Shown here in pieces: positions 34,971-43,042 of a DNA stretch of 64,000 nucleotides (position 1 is the stretch's first letter; each line of letters opens with the position of its first letter). This DNA is from an uncultured Alphaproteobacteria bacterium (GTDB taxonomy: Bacteria > Pseudomonadota > Alphaproteobacteria > Caulobacterales > Hyphomonadaceae). The notes beneath the pieces were generated by a model. The model was given only the letters and a program-made list of their open reading frames with translations. It searched no databases and was not told where the DNA came from. Where the stretch lies: contig CAXBCO010000003.1 of assembly GCA_963973995.1 (NCBI GenBank), positions 133,273 to 197,272 on the forward strand, written 5' to 3'. Made by a program: the position numbers and the translations under genes.

Positions 34971-36719
34971 TCAGCCTACTGTGATGAATGCCAGTAACAG
35001 GACGAGGCCAAGCAGCCCCGCGGTCCAGATGGCCATCGCCCCGGTAAGCCCGCCCCGGGCCAGTTCGCCACGCGGACTGAAAGCCGCTTCGATCCGGTCA
35101 TAGGCGCGCCCGGTGAGTCCGAAGAAAACGGCCGTCATCGCAGGGCCGACTTTGCCCCAGACGGTTCCAGCCCACTGCGCCATCCCGAAACCGACCTTGC
35201 GATAGAGCCAGTCGGTATCGAGGATCGTGCCCGGCTTCTCCGGCGGATAGACGCCAAACCGCTTGAGCAGCACGAAGGCAAAGGTGGCGAGCACCAGAAG
35301 CTGCAGCTGCGTCAGGATGTGATCGAAGGTGAATGGCTGGTAGTTCATCGCCTCTTCGCGGTAAGGCAGCAGGTTGTAGAGCCATTCGTAGCCAAGGCCG
35401 GGAATGACCGCCGGCAGGCCGATGGCGATGCTGATAAACGCAGCCATGCCCATGGCGAGCAACATGTTGAAGGGCGCTTCCTTCACGCGTTTGCCGCTGT
35501 CGTGACCGAAGAAGGCAAAATAGGGAATCTTGATTCCGGAGTGCTCAAGCACACCGGCTGAAGCGAACATCAGCATGAGCCAGATAATCGGCAGGCCCGC
35601 ATGGGCAACGGCGCTGAGGATCATGGACTTCGTCACAAACGCCGAGAATAGCGGCATGGCCGAGATCGAGATGGCCCCGACGAGGCAGAAAATCGTGGTC
35701 CACGGCATCGAGCGGTAAAGGCCGCCCAACTCGCTCGCCTTGGTCGTGCCCGTGCGATAGAGCACTGCGCCCATCGACATGAACAGGAGTCCCTTGAACA
35801 TGATGTCGGCAAAGGCGTGGGCGACCGCGCCGTTCAGGGCGAGCGGCGTCCCGACCCCGATGGCGCAGATCATGAAGCCGATCTGGTTGTTCGTGGAATA
35901 GGCGAGCACCTTGCGCAGGTCGTTCTCGATCACGGCGAAGAAGACCGGGAAACAGGTCATCACAGCGCCGATCCAGATCAGCGAATCCTGGCCCGGGAAC
36001 ATGCGGGCGAACGCATATACGGCGAGCTTGGTGGTGAAGGCCGAGAGAACGACGGCGCCGACAACCGAGGCTTTCGGATAGGAATCCTGCAGCCAGTTGT
36101 GCAGGAAGGGGAAAGCCGCCTTGATGCCGAAAGCGATGAAGATCAGCAGCGCACCGGGCGCGGCGAGATCTTCGAAGACTTGCAGCCCGATATTGCCGGT
36201 GTCCTGGTAGACATAGGCGATACCCGCCAGCAGCAAGACGCCCGACAGGATCTGAACGCCGAGATAGCGCATGGAGGCGAAATAGGAGGCGCGCGTCCCT
36301 GCCCCGAGCACCATGAAGACCGATGTGACCGCCGTGATTTCCCAGAAGATGAACAGGGTCATCAGGTCGCCGCAGAAGGCTGCCGCAATCGCCGCGCCGC
36401 CATAGGCGAGGGCCATGCCGTCCTGCACCCTGTCATCGGTATGCCAGGCGTAGATGGCGTTGAGCAGAGCCGCGATCAGGAACGCCAGGCCGAATATGAA
36501 ACTGAGACCGTCAACACGGTAGAGAACCAAGTCGAGCCCCATGACGCTCGCCGTGAGATGGTTCACATTCTGGTCGGCCAGCGCGAGCAATGCGATGCCG
36601 ACAAGCGGCGCGCCAATGGCGATCCCCTGGCGGACGCGGCGCATGGGCAGGAAGATGGCCACGATGCCTGCAAGGATCAGCAACCATCCGGGGTTCAGCG
36701 CGGTCAGGAAGGCGGGCAT
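34971..36719 (-). CDS. Antiporter-like subunit (NuoL/M/N-MrpA/D superfamily), 582 aa; last gene of the Mrp-type operon
   Basis: About 16 hydrophobic helices. Proton_antipo_M-like core (HNWLQDSYPKASVVGAVVLSAFTTKLAVY). TAATG overlap with the upstream ORF. Confidence 0.8.
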   Translation of the reverse strand: MPAFLTALNPGWLLILAGIVAIFLPMRRVRQGIAIGAPLVGIALLALADQNVNHLTASVMGLDLVLYRVDGLSFIFGLAFLIAALLNAIYAWHTDDRVQDGMALAYGGAAIAAAFCGDLMTLFIFWEITAVTSVFMVLGAGTRASYFASMRYLGVQILSGVLLLAGIAYVYQDTGNIGLQVFEDLAAPGALLIFIAFGIKAAFPFLHNWLQDSYPKASVVGAVVLSAFTTKLAVYAFARMFPGQDSLIWIGAVMTCFPVFFAVIENDLRKVLAYSTNNQIGFMICAIGVGTPLALNGAVAHAFADIMFKGLLFMSMGAVLYRTGTTKASELGGLYRSMPWTTIFCLVGAISISAMPLFSAFVTKSMILSAVAHAGLPIIWLMLMFASAGVLEHSGIKIPYFAFFGHDSGKRVKEAPFNMLLAMGMAAFISIAIGLPAVIPGLGYEWLYNLLPYREEAMNYQPFTFDHILTQLQLLVLATFAFVLLKRFGVYPPEKPGTILDTDWLYRKVGFGMAQWAGTVWGKVGPAMTAVFFGLTGRAYDRIEAAFSPRGELARGGLTGAMAIWTAGLLGLVLLLAFITVG

Positions 36720-37156
36720 TACTCGTCTCCCTCATAGGTCGGTTGTGCGTCCACGGGCCCTTGCGGCCTGTCGGGGTCGACATCGGCCGGCGGTCCGCCT
36801 GCGTCGCCATAATAGTTCTCGCCCCGGCGCAGCAGATTGCCGAGCGGCCAGCCCATCAGGACGACGAACGTGAATGCCGCAAAGCCGTACAAGCCATAGA
36901 AGCCGGTCGAGTTGGCAAACGTGAAATAGTCATGCCGGCTCACGAACAGGTCGAGCACGATCAGGAATGCACCGAGCAGACCGAGCCCCCAGAACATGAT
37001 CGCTCCGATGTGTTTGGTTTCGGTCCAGCCGAACAGGAGCTTTGCCATCGGATGCACGCCTTCGTCGGAGACGGTGTGGAGATCGTGCGCCTTTTCAGCG
37101 GCGCGCTTCAGGAAGCGTCCCGTCGTATCGCGGGTTTCGGGCGTGTCATTGCTCAT
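36719..37156 (-). CDS. Unknown small membrane protein embedded in the Mrp-type operon, 145 aa
   Basis: ATGA overlap upstream and TAATG overlap downstream. Two clear hydrophobic helices (IGAIMFWGLGLLGAFLIVLDLF and FYGLYGFAAFTFVVLMGWPLG). Pro/Asp-rich C-terminal tail. No family recognised. Confidence 0.6.
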   Translation of the reverse strand: MSNDTPETRDTTGRFLKRAAEKAHDLHTVSDEGVHPMAKLLFGWTETKHIGAIMFWGLGLLGAFLIVLDLFVSRHDYFTFANSTGFYGLYGFAAFTFVVLMGWPLGNLLRRGENYYGDAGGPPADVDPDRPQGPVDAQPTYEGDE

Positions 37157-38661
37157 GGCTGGCCTCCGGTCACAATCGCGGCCGCGCTACCGCCCATGGA
37201 TGGCGCGAGGAAATCGGCGAGCGGCCCGACCAGGAAGAAGAGGATGATACACAGCGCCGCCGTGAATACGGGCGCCGCAACCGTCAGGGCCGGAGCACCT
37301 CCGGGGCGTTTGAAGGCGCGAGGTTCGCCGGACCCGGGGGGCGGCATCAGGGCCAGTATGGGTATCGGCAGGAGGTAGGCAATGTTCAGCAGTGACGAGC
37401 CGATAAGCACCCATGGCACGTAGCTGTGCACACCATCGATGGCGCCTTGCATCAGTTCATATTTCGCCCAACTGCCCGCCATTGGCGGAATGCCGATGAT
37501 CGACAGGGATGCGATGAAGAACGCAATGAATACCAGCGGCATCCGGCGGCCGAGTCCGCGCATGTCGGAAATATTCGTGGCCCCGGAGGCAACATAGATC
37601 GCGCCGGCGCACATGAAGAGCGTCATCTTGCCGACAGCGTGCGCGGCGATCTGGATACTGCCGCCCAGGAAACCGGCCTCGTTGGCCAGCATCGCGCCTG
37701 CGGTGACATAGGCAAGCTGCGCGATGGTTGAATAGGCCAGCCGGGCCTTCAGGTTGTCCTTCGTCATCGCGACGAGCGAGGCGACGATGATGGTGAAACA
37801 GGCGACCCCGAGGACAAAATCGCGACCGGGCGTTACATTCAGCAGGTCCTCGCCGAAGATGAAGATCGACACTTTCATCACGGTGAACACACCGGCCTTC
37901 ACGACGGCCACAGCGTGCAGCAGGGCTGACACTGGCGTCGGCGCGACCATGGCGTTCGGCAGCCAGAAGTGAACCGGCATAAGCGCCGCCTTGCCGATAC
38001 CGAAGGCAAACAGCAGGAGAAGGGCCGTCGATACCGCCGGGCTGATATCCAGTCCGGAAAGCAGGCCGCCGGGCACGAAGTCGAGATTCTGGCCCGCGAG
38101 CGTCCATGTCCACATCAGGGCTGTCAGGAACAGGCCGATGGATGTGCCCAGCAGCGTCAGCAGGTAGATGCGCCCGCCGCGCTTGGCAGCCGCGTCGCCC
38201 TTGTGGGCCACGAGCGGATAGGTCGACAGCGTCAGCACTTCGTAGAAGACGAACAGTGTGAACAGGTTGCCCGACATGGCAACGCCGATGGCCCCGAAGA
38301 TGGCAAGCGCGAAACAGATATAGAAACGCGTCTGGTTGCGCTCGCGATTGCCGCGCATATAGCCGATCGAATAGAATGAATTGACGATCCAGAGGCCACT
38401 GGCGACCAGCGCGAACAGGGCGCCGAGCGGTTCCAGCTTGAATGCAAAGGACAGGCCGGGCGCCGCTGCGCCAAGGTCCAGTGACGGCGACTCGCCGTTC
38501 GAAACGGCAACAGACAGCGCGATCACAACGCCGAGCAGGATGACCGATCCGACGATCGTCACGCTTTCGCGGATATTCGGGAAGCTGCCAGCAGCGGCAA
38601 TGCCCACGGCAATCAGCAACGGGATGCAAAGGGCGGCGAGAATCAGCATCTCAGGACTCAT
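37153..38661 (-). CDS. MrpD/NuoM-like antiporter subunit, 502 aa
   Basis: Canonical motif HFWLPNAMVAPTPVSALLHAVAVVKAGVF. ATGA overlaps at both ends. Confidence 0.85.
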   Translation of the reverse strand: MSPEMLILAALCIPLLIAVGIAAAGSFPNIRESVTIVGSVILLGVVIALSVAVSNGESPSLDLGAAAPGLSFAFKLEPLGALFALVASGLWIVNSFYSIGYMRGNRERNQTRFYICFALAIFGAIGVAMSGNLFTLFVFYEVLTLSTYPLVAHKGDAAAKRGGRIYLLTLLGTSIGLFLTALMWTWTLAGQNLDFVPGGLLSGLDISPAVSTALLLLFAFGIGKAALMPVHFWLPNAMVAPTPVSALLHAVAVVKAGVFTVMKVSIFIFGEDLLNVTPGRDFVLGVACFTIIVASLVAMTKDNLKARLAYSTIAQLAYVTAGAMLANEAGFLGGSIQIAAHAVGKMTLFMCAGAIYVASGATNISDMRGLGRRMPLVFIAFFIASLSIIGIPPMAGSWAKYELMQGAIDGVHSYVPWVLIGSSLLNIAYLLPIPILALMPPPGSGEPRAFKRPGGAPALTVAAPVFTAALCIILFFLVGPLADFLAPSMGGSAAAIVTGGQP

Positions 38662-40190
38662 CGGAACATCCCCGGTCCAAACGCGGCCAGCGCCGCATCA
38701 CGCGCGAGCCCCAGCGGAATCTCTGTCGTGATCCCGAAATAGATGTTGGCGAGCGCAAGAATCCAGAGCGGCACGAGCAGCACGATCGGCGCTTCCTTGC
38801 GGGTCTTGCGCGGGTTCACGGGCGGTTGGAAAAAGACGGCCTCAAGAATCCGTCCGACATAGATCACGGCGAGGAAGCTTGAGAACACGACCAGGATCAC
38901 GGCCCACCACCATCCATGCTCGAACAGCGCATAGCCCAGCTGGAGTTTGGACTGGAAGCCTGCCGTCAGCGGCACACCGATCAGTGACAGGCCGGCGATC
39001 GCAAAGGCGGTCATGGTCCACGGCGCCGAACGGCCGAGTCCGGCAAAATCGCGGATATTTGTCCCCTTATAGGTGAGGACCACGCCCGCGACGGCCATGA
39101 ACAGGGCGCCCTTGATCATCGCATGGTTGAGCAGGTGGAAGAGGCCCGCGCTGAGGCCTGCAACCGTACCGACCGAGATGCCCAGGATCATGTAGCCGAC
39201 TTGCGCGACCGAGGAATAGGCCAGCACGCGGCGAACGTCGGTCTGGAACACGGCCTGGAAACTGCACGCGATCATGGCCGCGATCCCGAGCGGCATCAGC
39301 ATGGCGTTGAAGGCTGCATGCTCGAACGCAAAGCGCGGGCTGAAGACTGTGAACAGGAACCGGATCAATGCGTAGAGCGCCACTTTGGTCGCGGTCGCCG
39401 AGAGAAACATCGTGACGAAGCTGGGGCTGTAGGAATAGGCATTTGGCAGCCATTGGTGCAATGGCCACATGGCAGCCTTCAGGCCCAGGCCAACAACGAT
39501 GAACGCGAAACCCGCCTGCACTGTGCGGCTGCCCGTCAGGTCTGGCAGTTTCGAGGCAATATCGGCCATGTTCAGAGTGCCGGTGGCGGCATAGAGGAAG
39601 CCTACACCGATGATGAAGAAGGTCGCGCCAATCGTGCCCATCACAAGATAGTTGAAGGCGGCATGCAGGGCGCGTCGGTCGCGCGAGGCGCCCAGCGCCA
39701 CCAGGACATAGGTCGAGATCGAACTGACCTCAAGAAAGACGAACAGGTTGAACGCGTCACCCGTGATCGCCACACCACAAAGGCCCGCGAAACAGGCCAG
39801 GAAGGCGGAATAGAAGAGCGCGGTCTTTTCCTTGGGTATCTCGGCGAGAACCGTCGGGTAGGACATCACCGATGCCAGGACGCCAATTGCCGACACCAGG
39901 ACGAGGATCATTGCGTTCAGGGCATCGACGCGGAACTCAATGCCCAGCGGCGGCAGCCAGTTGCCCATCGCATAACTGATCACGCCGGTCGACGAGGTCT
40001 GCACGATCCCCAACAGGATCAGGGCAAAGACCAGCGACGCGGCCGTCGCGCCGATACTGACAAACCAGGCAATGCGGCCACTCGGCACGATTGCGAGTGC
40101 CGGCGCCAGCATCAGAGGCACCATGACCAGCAGGGGCGCAGCATGCGCCAGCGCCCAGGCCGGCACGGAACTCAACAGCAAATCGATCAT
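38658..40190 (-). CDS. MrpD/NuoN-like antiporter subunit, 510 aa
   Basis: Multi-helix protein with HQWLPNAYSYSPSFVTMFLSATATKVALY and HLLNHAMIKGALFM. ATGA overlaps at both ends. Confidence 0.85.
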   Translation of the reverse strand: MIDLLLSSVPAWALAHAAPLLVMVPLMLAPALAIVPSGRIAWFVSIGATAASLVFALILLGIVQTSSTGVISYAMGNWLPPLGIEFRVDALNAMILVLVSAIGVLASVMSYPTVLAEIPKEKTALFYSAFLACFAGLCGVAITGDAFNLFVFLEVSSISTYVLVALGASRDRRALHAAFNYLVMGTIGATFFIIGVGFLYAATGTLNMADIASKLPDLTGSRTVQAGFAFIVVGLGLKAAMWPLHQWLPNAYSYSPSFVTMFLSATATKVALYALIRFLFTVFSPRFAFEHAAFNAMLMPLGIAAMIACSFQAVFQTDVRRVLAYSSVAQVGYMILGISVGTVAGLSAGLFHLLNHAMIKGALFMAVAGVVLTYKGTNIRDFAGLGRSAPWTMTAFAIAGLSLIGVPLTAGFQSKLQLGYALFEHGWWWAVILVVFSSFLAVIYVGRILEAVFFQPPVNPRKTRKEAPIVLLVPLWILALANIYFGITTEIPLGLARDAALAAFGPGMFR

Positions 40191-40702
40191 GCACTTGCCC
40201 CGTTAAGCCATTCGTCAATTTCGGCTTCCTGGGCCAGCGCCGTCTCGAGATCGATCTCGCGCACCTCGTCGCCCTCGATCGTGCCATAGGCTTCGCGGAT
40301 ACGCACAATCAGCGCCAGCCCGACTGACAGGGTCGCCACGCCGACAACGATGGCCGTCAGCATCAGGACGTGCGGAAGCGCGTTGGAATAGGTGTTCACA
40401 AGCTCAACCGGCGCACTCGCATTGCCAAGGGCATGACCGCCCGGCACCACCGCAGCATGATGTGCCGCTTCAGCGCCGTGCCCGCCGCCATGTTCAATCG
40501 CATCCGCACCGAACAGGATTGGCGCCGTACCGCCGGCCACCTTGCCGAGCGTCACATAGAACAGGCAGACCGATGTCTGGAACAGCGACAGGCCGACGAT
40601 CCGCTTGATGAGATTACCACTGGCAAACGTGATGTAGAGCCCGATCATCATCAATCCGATGATCGCCCAATAGTTTGCCCGTTCGAGAATGAATTCCAGC
40701 AT
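40187..40702 (-). CDS. MrpC/NuoK-like subunit with a His-rich loop insertion and acidic C-terminal tail, 171 aa
   Basis: N-terminal helices and the LPHVLMLTAIVVGVATLSVGLAL helix (cf. MnhC PLPQALVLTAIVI). About 35-40 extra residues lie between them and include EHGGGHGAEAAHHAAVVPGGH. Confidence 0.75.
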   Translation of the reverse strand: MLEFILERANYWAIIGLMMIGLYITFASGNLIKRIVGLSLFQTSVCLFYVTLGKVAGGTAPILFGADAIEHGGGHGAEAAHHAAVVPGGHALGNASAPVELVNTYSNALPHVLMLTAIVVGVATLSVGLALIVRIREAYGTIEGDEVREIDLETALAQEAEIDEWLNGASA

Positions 40703-40705
40703 TGC

Positions 40706-41158
40706 TTACCAGTCTTTGTCTCGGATTTCGGCGACGCGGCCCGCAAAGGCATAGAAGATCGTGAGCATCGCGCCAGCGACGCCAAAAAGGACGCCAAGTT
40801 CGATCAACATGATGCCGACATGCTGGCCATGATGTTCGCCGGGCGGCTCCTGAAAGAGCGCCTGGTATTCAAGGTAGTTTCCGCCTTGCAGCAGCGCCCA
40901 GTACCCGACGCCTGCGTAGAGCATGACACCAACGGCCGCTAGCGAACGGGTGAAGACAGGCGGCACCGAGCGCATGGCAGCAGGCACACCGAAAACGAGC
41001 GCGTACAGGATCACGCCGACCGCAATGATGATGCCAGCCTGGAAACCGCCGCCCGGGCCGAAATCGCCATGGAACTGGGTGTAGAACCCGAACATGATGA
41101 TAACCGGCAGCAGCATCTTGGAGACGACGCGAAGTATCACGTGATGATCACTATTCAC
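40706..41158 (-). CDS. MrpB (MnhB-domain) subunit, 150 aa
   Basis: Motif PVIIMFGFYTQFHGDFGPGGGFQAGIIIA is typical of MnhB. GTG start in a GTGA overlap with the upstream stop. Confidence 0.8.
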   Translation of the reverse strand: MNSDHHVILRVVSKMLLPVIIMFGFYTQFHGDFGPGGGFQAGIIIAVGVILYALVFGVPAAMRSVPPVFTRSLAAVGVMLYAGVGYWALLQGGNYLEYQALFQEPPGEHHGQHVGIMLIELGVLFGVAGAMLTIFYAFAGRVAEIRDKDW

Positions 41159-41799
41159 GAGACATCCTCCTCTTTCTTGCCTGCCGGGGCTGGCGGCTTG
41201 CCGCCTCCGGGCAGACGGCCATCTCGGCGGATCGACACCGCTAGCGATCGCTCGCCGAAGCCAAGCAACAGCGCAACGGCGAGGCCGGCCAGGAAGACCA
41301 CGGTGGTTTCACCCAGCGTGTCGAAGCCCCTGTAGCTGCCCAACACGGATGTAACGACGTTCGGGATACCGGTATCGGCCCAGTTGATCTGCATTTGCTG
41401 AAGGCCCACGCCCGTGTTGACCGGCGAGTTCGGGTCGCCCAGCGCAGGCAAGTCCACCGTCGCATAGATCAGCATGACGCCTGTTGCCACAACGACCAGA
41501 AGCGGCCCGAGGCGCGCGAACTTCTTGTCCGGTTTCGCCGTGCGAGACGTCAACAGCATGGCGCCCAGCAGGACGACCGTCGACATGCCTGCACCGACAG
41601 CCGCCTCGGTAAAGGCAACGTCCACGGCATCGACCACGACATACCATGTCGCCGACACCAGAGAGTAGATGCCGGACAGCATCACGATGGCGAACAGGCT
41701 GCGCAGGCGTGCGATCGCGATCGCAACAACAAACAGGACCGCGAGAAGCAGAATATTGACGAGGGCTATGCCGATATCGCCGTCCAGAACGCCTGTCAT
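41155..41799 (-). CDS. MrpA C-terminal-like / MbhD-MbhE-like (DUF4040) subunit, 214 aa
   Basis: Hydrophobic N-terminal half, followed by NVVTSVLGSYRGFDTLGETTVVFLAG, which is the YRGxDTLGE signature found in the MrpA C-terminal/MnhB region. Confidence 0.65.
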   Translation of the reverse strand: MTGVLDGDIGIALVNILLLAVLFVVAIAIARLRSLFAIVMLSGIYSLVSATWYVVVDAVDVAFTEAAVGAGMSTVVLLGAMLLTSRTAKPDKKFARLGPLLVVVATGVMLIYATVDLPALGDPNSPVNTGVGLQQMQINWADTGIPNVVTSVLGSYRGFDTLGETTVVFLAGLAVALLLGFGERSLAVSIRRDGRLPGGGKPPAPAGKKEEDVS

Positions 41800-42191
41800 G
41801 CTGCGCCCTCATCATCGTCGCGCTTCTGGCCGACCCGGCCGATCAGCGGTTGGAGGCCAGCCGTATGTGCGGCGCTGGCTACGGCATGGGATGCGGCCGG
41901 ACTGGTCAGGAACAGGAGCCAGAAAATCACAGCCAGTTTCACAACGACCGTCCAGTCCGGCGCCATCAGCGCCATGCCGATCAGGATAATCGTCGCACCC
42001 GATGTGTCCGTAATACTGGCAGCGTGCATCCGTGTATAGAAATCGGGAAAGCGCATCACGCCAATCGTGCCTATCACGCACAGGATGGCGCCGACCAGGC
42101 AAAGCGCCGCGCCCGCAGGATGGCGCACGAATTCAAAGAACTGTTGCAGGTTCGCCATGATATCAACCATTGCGCTTGCCTCCGGGAGCAT
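41796..42191 (-). CDS. MrpG (MnhG/PhaG) subunit
   Basis: Motif GTIGVMRFPDFYTRMHAASITDT. Alternative ATG starts at 42170 and 42158. Confidence 0.85.
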   Translation of the reverse strand: MLPEASAMVDIMANLQQFFEFVRHPAGAALCLVGAILCVIGTIGVMRFPDFYTRMHAASITDTSGATIILIGMALMAPDWTVVVKLAVIFWLLFLTSPAASHAVASAAHTAGLQPLIGRVGQKRDDDEGAA

Positions 42192-42462
42192 CGCGCCGGA
42201 CCAGCGGCACCTGGAACGAGCGATAGCGGAAGAATTTCAGGATCGCGATTGTCGAGACGAAGTTTATCATCGCGTAGAGAATGGCGATGTCGAGGAATTC
42301 GGGTCGCCCCATCACGAAGCCCAGCAGTCCGAGCGCTAGAACGGTCTTGGTGCCAAACGAGTTCACGGCAAGTACGCGGTCATACAGGGTCGGACCGATC
42401 AGCGTGCGTATCAGCAGCAGGATCATGCCCAGCAGGATAGCGATCAGGGCTGCGGCGGTCAT
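42163..42462 (-). CDS. MrpF (MnhF/PhaF) subunit, 99 aa
   Basis: Motif IGPTLYDRVLAVNSFGTKTV, about 3 helices. ATGA overlap with MrpE. Confidence 0.8.
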   Translation of the reverse strand: MTAAALIAILLGMILLLIRTLIGPTLYDRVLAVNSFGTKTVLALGLLGFVMGRPEFLDIAILYAMINFVSTIAILKFFRYRSFQVPLVRRDAPGGKRNG

Positions 42463-42971
42463 GCGGCGGCTCCCTTCCCGTCAATGGCCCGGGCCGAACG
42501 CTTGTCCATCTCGACGAAGGCTTCCGGCTGGGAGTCCTGTTCGTACAAGCCATGGACCAGCAGTTTGTCACCGTCGATCTCAACCGTCACCGTGCCCGGC
42601 GTCAGCGTGATCGAGTTGGCAAATGTCACTTTCGCGAGGTCCGATTTGCACACTGTCTTCAGCTTTACGAGCGTGGGCGCGATGTCGAGATCGGCGCGCA
42701 GGCAGGCCCTGATCACGGTCCAGTTGGCCTTCACGATCTCTTTCATGAGCCAGGGAAAATACAGGGCGAAGCCGACGAAGCGCACGTAAGGCACGCCTTC
42801 ACGGTCAAGGATGTCGAGACGAAAGGCGAGAATCAGGGTGAGCGCGAGCGACACGGCGCCCAGGCCCAACAGGAGTGGCTCGAAATGCCCGGACATCCCG
42901 AGCCAAAACGCAGCCAGCGCAATTAATAGCCCCACAAAGTACGCCACAATGCGCCTGCGCTCCTGTAACAA
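42459..42971 (-). CDS. MrpE (MnhE/PhaE) subunit; first gene of the operon
   Basis: Size, two N-terminal helices and the C-terminal segment ITLTPGTVTVEIDGDKLLVH are typical of MnhE. The start is non-ATG: TTG at 42971 or GTG at 42947. Confidence 0.75.
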   Translation of the reverse strand: MLQERRRIVAYFVGLLIALAAFWLGMSGHFEPLLLGLGAVSLALTLILAFRLDILDREGVPYVRFVGFALYFPWLMKEIVKANWTVIRACLRADLDIAPTLVKLKTVCKSDLAKVTFANSITLTPGTVTVEIDGDKLLVHGLYEQDSQPEAFVEMDKRSARAIDGKGAAA

Positions 42972-43042
42972 CCCAAATCACGAACGCCTGACCTAAAGGC
43001 CCGGAGCTGGCTTGGGAAGACTCTTTCGGACTTTTTCGGCGC

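Noticed and set aside
35817-40289. Long plus-strand ORFs (35817-36737, 36590-37378, 39123-40289) across the Mrp-type operon
   Set aside because: They are antisense to membrane-protein genes that have clear antiporter motifs. Their products are charged and non-membrane-like, so they are shadow frames.
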